63,862 bases of DNA, filler included, from Chiloscyllium plagiosum (GCF_004010195.1; 4 parts of one record of this genome joined end to end with filler, not necessarily neighbours in it); one strand, 5' to 3'; numbered from the whole stretch's first letter, positions 11,710-24,978 are shown. The notes: generated by a model from the sequence alone, not told the origin. Numbers and translations: made by a program.

Positions 11710-12963
11710 ATGGCTTCATTTCATACATTGCTCCGAACCGAGATTGGGAAATTCGAGAAGCATGTTCGGGATTGTAGAGATGCGTTCGATCTGGGGACAC
11801 TGAGTCAATTTCTAACTGCACTGACTGAGCCTGGCACAGGGAGTGTTGACAGTGTTCAGCAAGTCAGACAGCTGGCCAGGCAGCGAGGGAACAACAAGTT
11901 GCTATGCAAAGGCAGCAGCTGTGATGCTAGTGACTACGCCTCATGGCTCTGCACCTACATAGACTACCTCCGAGCTCTGAAGGAGACATTCGATGACAAG
12001 GTTATTATTCCTCTCTGTGAAGAGCTGTACGTTAATGAGGACACAGGAAGCCAGAGAGTTCACAGCGATTCCTCCAACTGCTCCTCTTCATTATCCTCAC
12101 AAGCCAGCTCCCAACAGGAGAGAGTTTCTCCGAGCTGTCTGATGGGCCAGCAAGAGATGCGAATGGACTCAATCCCAAAGATTGCAAAGGAGCTGTTTAA
12201 TGTGCGGAGGAAGCCAAAGATTGCAAAGGAGCTGTTTAATGTGCGGAGGAAGTGGGCACTGCTCCTGACTGCAGACACTATCAGAACTGAGTACTTCACG
12301 TCACAGAGTATTACTGACCTCCACAGGACAGACACCCCCAAACATCTGAACAAGATCCTACGGTTGGTACCCGACATTTACTGCAAATGTTTATTGACTG
12401 CAGATCTGGCGAGACAATGGTTGCAGCTCCATGAATGTAGGTATGGTGGGGTGACCCTCCCAGTCCCTGTAACGGACAGCAACGGGCAGAGAACAGGCAC
12501 TCAGTCCCTGGACAGGGGGAAGGGGCTGGCAGTGCATGAGGAGGCACAAGGAATGGTCTCCAGGAAAAAAGAAAAACAACTTCACCCAATGCCCAAGGTG
12601 TCATCAGAAGAGCTTGATGATCTCAACAATGAGAAGGTGAGATTAAGAGTGGATGATGAAGGACTTCATTACCTCGTCAGGAGAGAGGAACATGTCAGAA
12701 ACCTGGAGAGACTGACCCAAAAGTCAGGGTTCAGAGTTCATGAACTTCAGCTGCAACTGGAACAGGTGAAGCAGGAAATGGAACTGATCCATCGAAGGCA
12801 AGAGGTTGAGGGAGGGAATAATGGGAGACCTCACACAAACCTTCGGCTCATTGAGGAGCTGGAGGGAAAACTGAGGCTGGAAAAGTACAAGTACAGGATC
12901 CTGCAAGCTGATTGGCTGCTGCAGCTGGAAATCGAACCTTATGCGATCCGCCACATGGAGCTG
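11710..12963 (+). CDS. Large coding exon (exon 11705-12963) of an uncharacterised protein with a helical N-terminal region and probable C-terminal coiled coil
   Basis: 418 stop-free codons of non-repeat sequence; acceptor ctttttcgtgcag| at 11704; strong donor CTG|gtaagt at 12964; heptad-like 'VHELQLQLEQVKQEMELI..LIEELEGKLRLEK'. Confidence 0.8.
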
Positions 12964-14802
12964 GTAAGTCAGGAAATTCAGCAACGTTGTGGGAAAACAC
13001 ACGTGGAGAACAATCAAAGAAACTGGTGGCGTGTTGTCCTGTACATTTGCAGCTGGGACAAGGGGTGGTGGGGGAGTGGGGATGCTGCAGGATCGCGAAG
13101 CTCGGGTTAAACCTCATCAGGAGGTCACTGGGTTCAGGCCCAAACCCCTAACCCCCACTGGGTTCAGTAGGTGGGAAGGTTCCATAAGGGGCGAATTCTC
13201 AAGCATCAAAGCCAAGCACTCAGGGTGAGGGCAGATTGGAAGCACGCCACCAGGAACGGGGGGAGGGCTGTAAGGGAGTGGGAACTTCCAAACTGAAATT
13301 AAACCATGATGGCAGGGTGATGGGACTGACAGACAGGGCAATGAACAGAGTGGGGTTACACATCAGACAGGGGATTGACATGACAGGGGATTCAACAGGC
13401 AAAACAAAACAGTCNNNNNNNNNNNNNNNNNNNNNNNNNNNNNNNNNNNNNNNNNNNNNNNNNNNNNNNNNNNNNNNNNNNNNNNNNNNNNNNNNNNNNN
13501 NNNNNNNNNNNNNNNNNNNNNNNNNNNNNNNNNNNNNNNNNNNNNNNNNNNNNNNNNNNNNNNNNNNNNNNNNNNNNNNNNNNNNNNNNNNNNNNNNNNN
13601 NNNNNNNNNNNNNNNNNNNNNNNNNNNNNNNNNNNNNNNNNNNNNNNNNNNNNNNNNNNNNNNNNNNNNNNNNNNNNNNNNNNNNNNNNNNNNNNNNNNN
13701 NNNNNNNNNNNNNNNNNNNNNNNNNNNNNNNNNNNNNNNNNNNNNNNNNNNNNNNNNNNNNNNNNNNNNNNNNNNNNNNNNNNNNNNNNNNNNNNNNNNN
13801 NNNNNNNNNNNNNNNNNNNNNNNNNNNNNNNNNNNNNNNNNNNNNNNNNNNNNNNNNNNNNNNNNNNNNNNNNNNNNNNNNNNNNNNNNNNNNNNNNNNN
13901 NNNNNNNNNNNNNNAGCAAAATCTGTTCAGTGTGTGAAGAATCAGGTTCTCAGTATTAACCTTTGATGGAGAAATGAGAGCTCTCTACGCTGCCTGCAAC
14001 TGGAAAGATGAATAACTAGCAATTACAGTCAGACCTGGTTAGCATGAACAGCCAGAAGCAATTTCTCAAACCCCCCACTCCCTCCCCGCCCCCACCCCCA
14101 TCAGCACTCGGCAAACATTCCAACCCACCGGATTTATCTTTCACCTTGATTCGGGTACTGTTAGTTTTGCGACTGATCACACATTGTTTTTACTCACTGA
14201 CAGCTCGTTACTGTCAGTCTACCAGACTCCAGGCATCACCGTACCTCCCTCCATTCCCCTTTCCCTCACCCCAACCACTCCCATCACTGGTGAGGGGGGA
14301 ATTGGGGGCCAAGGATTAATCCCTTGAGTGAGATCACTGCCCCATATGGGAGCTTTCTGAGTCAGAAACTGAACCCCTTCGGAAATATCACTATATAACC
14401 CAAAGGGGGTTGGCACAGGATGGCAGAGGGTGAGGGTGGAGGGTGTGGGACTGAAAGTGGCAGGAGCCTGGTATGTGTGACTCATCATGAAATACAAATG
14501 TGAGAAACCAGAAAGCACAGCCCACGTAAGCACCATTTGCCGTGCCCATGGAATGTGTGTGTTCCTAACTCCCCATTGCCTTGCTCCTGCCTATCCAGCT
14601 TCTCCTGGAGAACATTCAGGACCCAGCTCCACAAGGTCCTTGGATACCAGATTTCACAAAGGCTTTGGATCAGCTCCCAGAGGGGAGACTATTACTGAGA
14701 CATAGACCTCATGGAATAGACAATAAATCATTGACCTGATCAGGAAACCAGCTGGAAGTTTATATTTAATTCATTGATCTAATTGAGTTCATTTCAATGG
14801 AT

Positions 14803-15072
14803 GGCACAGTGGCTCAGTGGTTAGCACTGCTGCCTCACAGCCCCAGGGACCCCGGGTTCAATTCCAGCTTCAAGTGACTGTCTGTGTGGAGTTTGCACAT
14901 TCTCCCTGTGTCTGCATGGGTTTCCTCCCTCAGTCACAAAGATGTGCAGGTCTGGGTGGATTAGCCAGCCCCATAGTGTGCAGGGATAAGTAAGGAGGTA
15001 GGATGCTTTTTGGAGGGTTAATGTAGACTTGATGGGCTGAATAGCCTCTAGCTGCACTGTTGGGATTCTATG
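14803..15072 (+). mobile_element. HE1/V-SINE
   Basis: A-box GTGGCTCAGTGG, B-box GGTTCAATTCC, V-domain, CR1-like tail. Confidence 0.85.
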
Positions 15073-15585
15073 ATTGATTTCATTGTTTCCATTTCTGGGA
15101 TAGACTTCTATTCAAGTAGAGAACCCGCTGACTCCCACAGTCAGCTTGACTATCCATCCTCACATGCTGCTCCCTATAAAGACTCCATTCCCTCTCCCAG
15201 TTCCTCTGTTCCCATGATGCCAACTTCAACAAGGGGGGCTCTGACGTTTTTTTGTTCACTCTTGGAGCATGGGGGTCACCGTCTGGGCCCAGTATTTATT
15301 ACCCCGTCCCTAGTTGCCCCTTGAGGAGGTGGGGGTGAGCTGCCTTCTTGAACCGCTGCAGTCCATGTGCTGTGGGTAGACCCACAATGCCCTTAAGGAG
15401 GGAAGCAGTGCATCTTGTAGATGGTACACACTGCTGCTACTGAGTGTGGGTGGTGGAGGGAGTGGGTGTTTGTGGATGTGATGCCAATTAAGTGGGGGCT
15501 GATTTGTCCTGGATGGTGTCAAGCTTTTTGAGTGTTGTTGGAGCTGCCCCCATCCAGGGCAAGTGTCCCACCATGGTCCTGACTT

Positions 15586-17270
15586 AGAATCATGGAGTCA
15601 TACAGCACAGAACCAGACCTTCAGTGCAACCAGTCCATGCCAACCATGATTCTAAATTAACCTAGTCCCACCTGCCTGCGCTTGACCCATATCCTTCCAA
15701 GCAGTTCTTGTTTATGAACTAATCCAAATGTGTTTTAAATGTTATAATTGTGCCCACATCCACCACTTCCTCTGGAAGCTCATTCCACACACAAGCCACC
15801 CTCTGTGTAAAACATTGCTCCCTGTGTCCTTTTAAATCTTTCTCCTCTCAACTTAAAAATATGCCCCTAGTCTTGAAATCCCACACGCTATTCACCTTAT
15901 CTATGCCCCACACGATTTTATGAACCTCTAGAAAGTCACCCCTCAGTTTCCTACATTCCAGTGAAAAATGTCCCAACCTATCCAGCCTCTCCTTATAGTT
16001 TAAACTCTCCATTCCCAGCCACATCCTGGTCAATCTCTGCTGAACCCTGTCTCGTTTAATAATATCCTTCCTATAATAGGGCGACCAGAACTGGACACAG
16101 TATCCCAGAAGAGGCCTCACCAATGTCCTGTACAACTTTGTCAGAGAACTAAGCAATGAAGGCAAGCCTGCGAAACACCTTCAAAGAATTATGTACCGGA
16201 ACCCCTAGCTCTTTGTTCTACAACATTGCCCAAGACCTTACCACTCATTGTTATTTTATCAAAATGCAATATCTCACATGTTCCAAATTAAACTCCATTT
16301 GCCACTCCTCAGCCCATTGATCCAAATTGATTAAGATCTCTTTGTAATCTGAGATTATCTTCTTCGTTGCCCACTGTACCATCAATCTTGGTGTCATCCA
16401 CAAACATACCAACCATGCTTTTGATCTTCTCAGCTTTTTGATCTTCTCAGCTAAATCATTTATATAAATGACAAACAAAAGTGGACCCAGCACCAATCCC
16501 TGTGGAACACCGCTGTTAACAGAACATAGCACAGTACAGCACAGGAACAGGCCCTTCGGCCCACAGCACAGGAACAGGCCCTTCGGCCCACGATGTTGTG
16601 CTGGACATGACGTCAAATGAAACTAATCCCTTCTGCCTGCCCTTGGTCCTTGTATATCCATGTGTTTATCTAAAAGTCCCTAAATGCCCCTATTGTATCT
16701 GCCCCCACTACCACCCCCTGGCAATGTGTTCCAGACTCCCGCCCCTCTCTGTCTAAAAAACCTCTCCCCTCACATCTCCTTAGAACTGTCCCCCTCTCAC
16801 TTTAAATGCATGCTCCCTAGTTTGAGACATTTCAACTCTTGGAAAAAGATCCTGACTGTCAACCCTATCTATGTATCTCATAACTTTATAAACTTCTGTC
16901 AAGTCTCCCCTCAACCTCTGCTGGTCCTGAGAAAGCAGCCTGAGTTTTTCCAGCCTCTCCTTATAGCTCATACCCTCTAACCCTGTCAGCATCCTGGTGA
17001 ACCTCTTCGGCACCCTCTCCAAAGCCTCCCTATCCTTCCTGTGATGTGGCGACCAGAATTGAACGCAATATTCTCAGTCTGATAAAGCTGTAACATGACA
17101 TCCTGACTCATCCTGACCAATAAAGGCAAGCATGCCACACGCTTTCTTCCCCACCCTATCTACTCATGTGGCCACTTTCAGGGAGCTATGGACTTGAACC
17201 CCAAGTTCCCTCTGTACATCAATTCTATTCAGGGCCCTGCCATTAACTCTATACTTTTTCTTAACATTTG
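15586..17270 (-). mobile_element. Two adjacent CR1 LINE 3' fragments
   Basis: '[21 protein letters not shown]', 'LYRTLVRPLLGYCVQFWSP', 'QRLRGDLTEVYK'. Confidence 0.85.
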
Positions 17271-17309
17271 ACTCTTGTTCAAGTGGTCCAACAGACAGCT
17301 TTCAATCTC

Positions 17310-18240
17310 TTGATTAAAAAGAAATGCTGGACAGGCTTCGGGGAGTCAGGAGGTGAGTTACTCGCAGCAGGATTCCCAGCCTCTGACCTGCTCCTGCAGC
17401 CGCTGTGTTTATGTGGCAAGTCCAGTTGAGTTTCTGGTCAATGGTGACTCCCAGGATGTTGATAGTGGGGGATTCAGTGAGTGTGACACTATTGAATGTC
17501 AAGGGGTGATGGTTAGATTCTCTCGTGTTGGAGATTTGTGTATTTATACAACATGAATGTTCCTTGCCCCTTGTCAGCCCAAGCCTGGATATTGTCCAGA
17601 TCTTGTTCCATCTGAATATGGACTGCTCCAGTACCTGAGGAGTGGTGAATGGTGCTGAACATTGTGTAATCATCGGGGACCATCCCCACTTTTGACCTTC
17701 TGATGGAGGGAAGGTCATTGATGAAGCAGCTGAAGATGGTTGGGTCTAGGACACTCCCCTGAGGGACTCCTGCAGAGATGCCCTGGAGCTGAGATGACTG
17801 ACCCTCCAACAACCACAACCATCTTCCTCTGTGCCAGGTACAACTCCAACCAGCAGAGAGTTTGCCCCCTGATACCCACTGATCCCAGTTTAGCCAGGGC
17901 TCCGTGATGCCACACTCGGTCGAATGCAGCCTTGATGTCAAGGGCTGTCCCTCTCCCCCCCCCTCTGGAATTCAGCTCTTTTGTCCATGTTTGACCCAAG
18001 GCTGTAATGGGGTCAGGAGCTGAGTGACCCAAGGGGAACCCAAACTGGGCGTCACTGAGCAGGTTATTGCTGAGCAGGTGCTGTTTGATAGCTCTGTTAC
18101 TGACCCCTTCCATCACTTTCCTGAGGATCGAGAGGAGACTGATGGGGCGGGAATTGGCCGGGTTGGATCTGTCCTGCTTTTTCTGTCCAGGACATACCTG
18201 GGCAATTTTCCACATTGTCGGGGAGATGCCAATGTTGTAA
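17310..18240 (-). mobile_element. LINE reverse transcriptase fragment (CR1/L2 group)
   Basis: 'PANSRPISLLS', 'QFGF', 'ALDIKAAFDRVWH', '[20 protein letters not shown]'. Confidence 0.88.
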
Positions 18241-18685
18241 CTGGACTTGTCACAAACTGATTAAGGGATTCATTGCAAACCAAGGATATTTCATCAACTT
18301 TGGGCATAAAACAATGAAACAAGAAACTTTCTAAATGATGAAAAGTTAGACACAGTGGAGAGCCAGAGGTCCAGGGGCCCAGATCATTGACAGTTGGAAT
18401 TACTAAGCTGTTGCAATGCTGGCATTGATGATGACAGGGCTTATTCATTCACAGCCTGAGGGTGTTGTTGGATAGGTCAGCATTTATAGCTCATCCTTAA
18501 TTACCCAGACTACTGTGGGGATAGAGTTACAGACAGGCCAGACCAGGTAAGGATGACAGCTTGTTCCATTGTCCCATTGTTCCATCTTTAATTCCAGATT
18601 TTAATTGAATTCAAATTCCCCGATCTGCTGTGATGAGATTCAAACCTGGATCTCTGGATTAATAGCTGAGTGATAATACCATAGA

Positions 18686-19014
18686 GTCCCTACAGTGGGA
18701 AAATACCCAATTTGGCCCATTTTGGTCTACACCAACTCTCCAAAGAACAGCCCATCCCTCTACCCGATCATTTCTCATGGCTAATGCACCTAGCCTGCAC
18801 ATCCCTGAATGCTATGGGGCAATTTAGCACGGTACATTCACCTGACCTGCACATCTTTGGACTGTGGGAGGAAACCGGAGCACCCGGAGGAAACCCACGC
18901 AGACACGGGGAGAATGTGCAAACTCCACACAGTCAGTCGCCTGAGGCTGGAATTGAACCCGGGTCCCTGGCGCTGTGAGGCAGCAGTGCTAACCACTGTG
19001 CCACCGTGCTGCCC
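18686..19014 (-). mobile_element. HE1/V-SINE, near full length
   Basis: GGCAGCACGGTGGCACAGTGGTTAGC...GGGTTCAATTCC plus the full V-domain on the - strand. Confidence 0.9.
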
Positions 19015-20882
19015 CATGATGGCCACTGGGTTATCATCACATAATTTGAATAATAGTCTGAACAGATTGATTCAGAATAATCTGTAAATAGAGAGAATCT
19101 CTGCTCTGGTTGATGGAGTCTGAGGCCAGGGTTTGTGAATGAGGTGGTTGTGACTCTGTGAGGGTCAGACTGTGGGGTTGAAAAGGCATTATACAGATAA
19201 CACTTCCCCACGACCTTCCTTGACCAGCTAGAGTCCCTGAGCCAGCCAATCAGCACTGTGTTTCCATGCAGTCTACATGTGGGCCTTCCTCAGGCTGTCC
19301 AATCAGTGAGGGCTGAGGGATTTGTTTTCCATTTCTATTCCTCAGGGTCGTTGTGTAGAGTGAGCTGAAGGGGACCATTACCCACAATAAACTGCATCCA
19401 TTTATTAACAAACCCTTTCACCCCTTTGGGGAGAGCAGTTATTTGTCAGGATTTGGAAGCCCCAGAGTTAATGTTGACTTATTACTGATTTTTGATATTG
19501 TTCCAGATTATACACCATTGGTTAACACTAAAATCAGCTGTTGTTTATGATAATCTCCTTCTCCCTCTGGGAGGCGTGTGCAGAAAAGCAGGAATTCACT
19601 GATTACCCTCCACTCAGTCTGTAACGATATAAATGCCAATGACAGGGCGCACTGTTTATTGTCAGGCCCAGAGAGGGGAATGCGAGGAGGAAATCACTGA
19701 CCCAGGTCTGACTGCTCCTCCCCCTTTCCAAATCTATCCCCATTCCGATCATCATCTGCCTTCCTGTTTTTGCACCCAGACTGGGGAACCTCATATTTAT
19801 AGAAATTGCTGGAAAAGCTCAGCAGGTCTGCTGACATCTGGAGGGAAAAAGCAAAGTTAATGGTGCAGGTCCCTTCCTTAAGCCTATTCTCACAGTTAGC
19901 CCAGCCCTCTGACTCACTGACTCTGATTGGTTGTAGACCCCCCTGGGTGCTCACCGATTCAATCATAGCCAACCCACAGTCAGGAGCTCCCCAGGGTAAC
20001 CCAGCAAGAGACGTGGACTGGAGGAAGGTCAATGATCTTCTGCATTTAGCTAAGGGTCAGGGCTGCATCCTCCCTCTGCCTGCTCACTCTTGCTCTAACT
20101 CTGTCACTGCATAGTAACATCACCAAGATAAATGGCCTTCCCATTGGAACACAGCCTCTCCAATCAGTGGCTCTCTCTCTCACCCCATTCCAGCCAATCG
20201 ACTTACCCTTCGTGCCCTCAACACTTCACACTCAGTCTTTCCATCAGACCACAGGGTGTACGAGCAGATACAGAGCATTCAGCCTATTGTCACTCAGGGC
20301 TGAGCTGATCATCTCCAATTCCATTTTCCTTCCTTTTCTTCCTAACCCTCGATTCCTCTCACTGATTAAACATCTGCCTACCTCAGCCTTAAATATATTT
20401 AATGCCCAGCCTCGACAACCCTCTGCAATAAAGAATTCCACAGATGCACTCCCCTCTGAGAGAAGGAATCCCTCCTGATCACTGTCTTCAGGGTGACTCC
20501 TTACTCCGAGATGATACCCCTCTAGCCCTACACTCTCTCACACGGGGAAACAGCCTCTCCACATCCACATCTCAAGGCCCTAAGAATCTGGGAAGTTTCA
20601 ATAAGGCCACCTCTCATTCCTCAATAATTCAATGATAACAGGCCCAACCTACTCACCCTCTCCGGATAAGTCCGTCTATTCCCAGGATCAGCTGAGTGAA
20701 CCTTCCCCAGATTGTCCCCAACGCTGGGATATCATTCCTCAGGCAAGAGGCCCAGTACAGTATTCCGCCATGGTCTGACTAGTCCCATGTATAGTTTTAG
20801 CTTGACCTTCCTAGTTTTATAGTCAAGATTAGAGTGGTGCTGGAAAAGCACAGCAGGTCAGGCAGCATCCGAGGAGCAGGAA

Positions 20883-20919
20883 AATCGACGTTTCGGGCAA
20901 AAGCCCTTCCTCAGGAATC
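20883..20919 (-). ncRNA. Minimal hammerhead ribozyme motif (family A)
   Basis: CTGAGGA-A-GGGC(TTTT)GCCC-GAAACGTC; intact core, palindromic ACGT stem III, weak stem I. Confidence 0.65.
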
Positions 20920-21055
20920 AGGTGGCGTTTGTGAAGACCACCTCCTACCAGTCCCAGAGCCCTCCTGTGGAGATGGCTATCACCGTCATTCCCTGTCGCC
21001 AGGGTGGGAGTGGGGTGTCCACTCTGATTGGCGAGTCAGGGTCTGCCTCTGTCTT

Positions 21056-21345
21056 TAGCACTGCTGCCTCACAGCACCAGGGACCCAGGTTCAATTCCAG
21101 CCTCGGGCGACTGTCTGTGTGGAGTTTGCACATTCTCCCCGCGTCTGCGTGGGTTTCCTCCCACAGTCTAAAGATGTGTAGGTCAGGTGAATTGGCCGTG
21201 GGAAATTGCCCATAGTGTCAGGGGCATTAGTCAGTGGTAAATATGGGGTAAGGGAATGGGTCTGGGTGGGTTGCTCTTCAGAGGGTTGGTGTGGACTTGT
21301 TGGGCCAAAGGGCCTGCTTCCATACTGTAGGGAATCTAATCTAAG
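21056..21345 (+). mobile_element. HE1/V-SINE, 5'-truncated
   Basis: B-box, V-domain and (AATCT)n tail. Confidence 0.85.
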
Positions 21346-22600
21346 ATCACCACCAAATGGTAAATGAGGTGAGATTAGTTCAGAATCAGTCCGGAAGGGA
21401 AGTGGGCAAAAGTGGGTACTGCAGATGCTGGAAACCAGAGTCTAGATCAGAGTGGTGCTGGAAAAGCCCAGCAGTTCAGGCAGTATCCGAGGAGCAGGAA
21501 AATCAACGTTTCAGGCAAAAGCTTTTCACCAGGAAACGTCCTGATCCTCAGATGCTGCCTGACTTGGAAACAAAGTGCCTTCTGTTTGATTGTGAGATTC
21601 TGAACACACTGTTTTACAGGAACTCAGGCTGTTCTTCAGTATTTCGTCCTCACCGTCAAGGAGGGTGGGTCCTAAATTTCTTGGCATTGCCCACCCCAAC
21701 CAAGATTCCACCCAAATTCTGGATTTGGGAATGTTTTGAAAATTAAAGCGCCCCCACCCGATGCCAGTTCATGCCCCTCCCCACCCTGTGCCCAGTCCAC
21801 ACTCGATGTATCATTAATCCAAATATGAAATCACTGAGTACAAACAAAACCTGCTCTTTTTACAGCCGGATAACTGTTCCAATTGGACAGACTGTTAAAC
21901 CCTCAGAGACTGAGGGATTTTGCACCTCTTCATCGTCCGTCAATTAGCACTGAGACATTGACAAAAGATCTCACAGAAAGATCAACTTGAAGATGTCAAT
22001 CAGGAAAAATCAACAAATCAGTTTCTTTGACAGAGCAGATTTTGTGGTGGGATGAATAGTTTGATTTGACTGAGCCAAAGAGATACAATGAGAACAGACA
22101 GTGCCCTGGATCCCCACTGTCTTTCTGTACTGTCTTACACTGAGTGAGAATTACAACCAATACTGGACTCACTCTAACTGCACAACACTGAGAGAGACTG
22201 TAGCAGAGAGGGCGAGAGAGGGCGATGCTGGAACTGGGGTTGTTTCTCACCCCTGGGTGTGGTGCTGCTGCTAGGGGGCACACTGGGACACACAGAGGGG
22301 GATGTTATGTCCATCATGTCCAGGGAATTGCTCTGATGGCGGTTGGATCAAACAAGCAGGAAATGTGACCCCAGTGACTCACTGTTTCATTACGTTTCTA
22401 AACGGGGAGCACAGAGTCACCACATGTTTAATAATCCTGGTTTCCCACTGCTATTAAACCTCACTGACTCGTCATTTATTATCACCTGCTAATGACCATC
22501 TAATCGGCAATTTGTTCTTTCTAACGACAGCGTTGTTAAATTGTCCTTTGAGGCTCCTCCAAATGCAGCTCACCAGCACCTGGTCATCATCCCATTACCA

Positions 22601-22810
22601 TCAGAGCTGAAAATGTGTTGCTGGAAAAGCGCAGCAGGTCAGGCAGCATCCAAGGAGCAGGAGAATCGACGTTTCGGGCATAAGCCCTTCTTCAGGATTG
22701 CCCGAAATGTCGATTCTCCTGTTCCCTGGATGCTGCCTGACCTGCTGCGCTTTTCCAGCAACACATTTTTCAGCTCTGATCTCCAGCATCTGCAGTCCTC
22801 ACTTTCTCCT
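22601..22810. mobile_element. Fold-back Penelope terminal-repeat insertion with 12-bp TSD ATCCCATTACCA (22589-22600, 22811-22822)
   Basis: Two inverted copies of the family A unit flanked by an exact direct repeat. Confidence 0.85.
22664..22699 (-). ncRNA. Minimal hammerhead ribozyme motif (family A)
   Basis: AATC-CTGAAGA-A-GGGC(TTAT)GCCC-GAAACGTC-GATT: 4-bp stem I, 4-bp stem II, GUC cleavage triplet. Confidence 0.72.
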
Positions 22811-24109
22811 ATCCCATTACCACCAGCCAGCTCTATCGTTAACAAAGAGTCACATTGACAGCAACTGCAGAGTCAGATTCCATACTTGATGGTATCACAT
22901 GGTTTGGAGGGTGTTAGTCTGGAAATATACCAAACTGTTTCTACAGGTTTAACAAACTGTGGTGCGTTAGCCGTTCTCTGGCCTGGTTGACGGATGCTGG
23001 GATGCAATTTGTTACAATGTCAGACCAGGCTGCTGGATTTATGTTCCAATCTGGGCCAGTAGCTTTTATTTTTAAACAAATCAAAGTGTGATATTCATGG
23101 GAGTTAGCAAGAGGATAGAGCCACAAAATTCCATCGTTTTAAACAAACACCAAGAAATATTCCTGTATCAATACAATTCATGGAATATGAACAATTCGTT
23201 TAAATTACCCAAAGCTGACATGTAGTGAATGTGGGCGATGGACTATGACACTCCCACAACAATATCAAGCTGTGAATGTGATCGAGCCAGATCCTGGGGA
23301 TCTCTCAGCAGTTGTCCCAAATATTACTGACACTCCCATAGGTCTAATCTGAATCTGGAATGATAATTCTTCCCCTTATTGTCACTGGCCATGAATTCCC
23401 CTTGAAGAGCAGTGTTCCTTCTAATCTTCGCAGCCTATTCAGTGTTCTGCAGTTACTGATCCACATGACAGTGCACTGTCTGATTTCATAGGAACAGGAT
23501 GAGGCCATTCAGCCCCTTGAGCTTGTTCCACCATTCAATAACATCATGGCTGACTCCATGTACCTGCCTCTGGCCCATATTCCTTAATACCTTTGTTTAG
23601 CATAAAATTATCAACCTCAGATTTAAAACTTAACAACTGCCCAGCGCCCACGGCTGTTTGTAGAAGAGAGTTCCAAACATCTCTCCTGAATGGTCTGGCC
23701 GTCATTCTCAGAATCTGCCCCTTCCCTGTGGACCCTAGTTTTGGAAATTGTTGTTCGTGTTGTCAGAAACACTGGAAAACATCAAGCAGAGGAAGCATTC
23801 CCCACACATTCCGAGGTGGTACCTTCTGGAAATCTACATACACCACATCCACTGGTTCCCCTTTCTCTACAAGTTGCCTCCTCAAAGAACTCTGAGAAAT
23901 TAATTCAACATAATTCCCCTTTGTCAGGACCATGTTCACTCTGCCTGATTACCTTGTCCTGTTATAACATCTTTAATACCAGCTTCAGACATTCCTCCTT
24001 GACAGATGGTGAACTAACCAGTCATAATGTTTCCTGATTTCTGCCTCTGGCCCTTTGTGAATAAAAGGATTACAGGGTCTGTTTCCATCTGTGTGACACA
24101 GTGACTTCA

Positions 24110-24978
24110 CTGCTCAGAGGCCTGTACATTACTCCCATCATAGTCTTTATCCCTTTGCAGTTCCTCAGCTCTAATAATTACAGATTCTACACTTTCTGAC
24201 ACTATATCACTTCCTGCTATCGATTTAATTTCATTCCTCACTAACAAGGCACCTCCTCCCCCTCTGCCCATCTGCCTGTCCTTTCGATAAGGTGAGTATC
24301 CCTTGCAGCCACATCTCCATGACACCCACAGCATCGAGCACAACAATTTCAAGCTGTGTTACAAGCTCACTCACCTTGTTCCTTATACAGTGAGTAGTAA
24401 AACACAAAATCCTTAGTAACCTTTGCTGAGCACTACCCACCTTTAACTTTTTCCATAATTTCCAATGAAACTGACCCACCCTCCACTACTCAGTTTAAAG
24501 CTCGATCCTCGTTATACAGTGCTCCAGGTCTCTGGTCCCAGTATGATTCAGGTGGGACACATCCTATTGGGACAGCTCCTTCCTTCCCCAGGGCTGGGGC
24601 CAATCCCCCACGAGTTTGAAACTGCTTCTCCCTCATCAATCTTTGAGACACATGTTTACCTCTTGAATCTTATTGACCCTGTGCCAACTTGCTCGTGGCT
24701 CAGATAGTGATCCACAGATTATCACCTTTTTGGTCCTGCTTTTTAATTTAGCCTCTAGCTGCTCATATTCCCTCAGCAGAACCTGTTTCCTCTTTGTACC
24801 AGTATCATTGGTACTGACATGGACCACAGCAACTCGATCTTTCTCCTCCCACTCCAAGTTCCTCTGCAGCCCAGGTGGGATATCCTGATCCTGGGCACCA
24901 GGCAGGTAACCCGGCCTTCGGGACTCTCAATCCAGCCCAGGGAGAACAGTGTCTATTCCCCTGACTATACCCTCCCCG
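24110..24978 (-). mobile_element. CR1 LINE fragment spanning the ORF1 SGNH-esterase region and the start of the ORF2 endonuclease
   Basis: 'VVHVSTND..LKSRTKKVIICG' (GxND-like motif), then 'IRNKVSEL', 'YRKDRQMGRGGGGALLV'. Confidence 0.75.

Noticed and set aside
12964..13110. C-terminal 48 aa of the 466-aa ORF
   Set aside because: Follows a consensus gtaagt donor; likely intron read-through
14599..14740. Possible downstream exon of the orphan gene (cag|LLLENIQD...DFTKALDQLPEGRLL)
   Set aside because: The peptide resembles decayed CR1 RT (DFSKAFDKVPHGRLL)
14803..14875. tRNA-like A/B boxes (also near 18940-19014, 48290-48356, 61375-61430)
   Set aside because: These are heads of tRNA-derived HE1/V-SINEs followed by the V-domain, not tRNA genes
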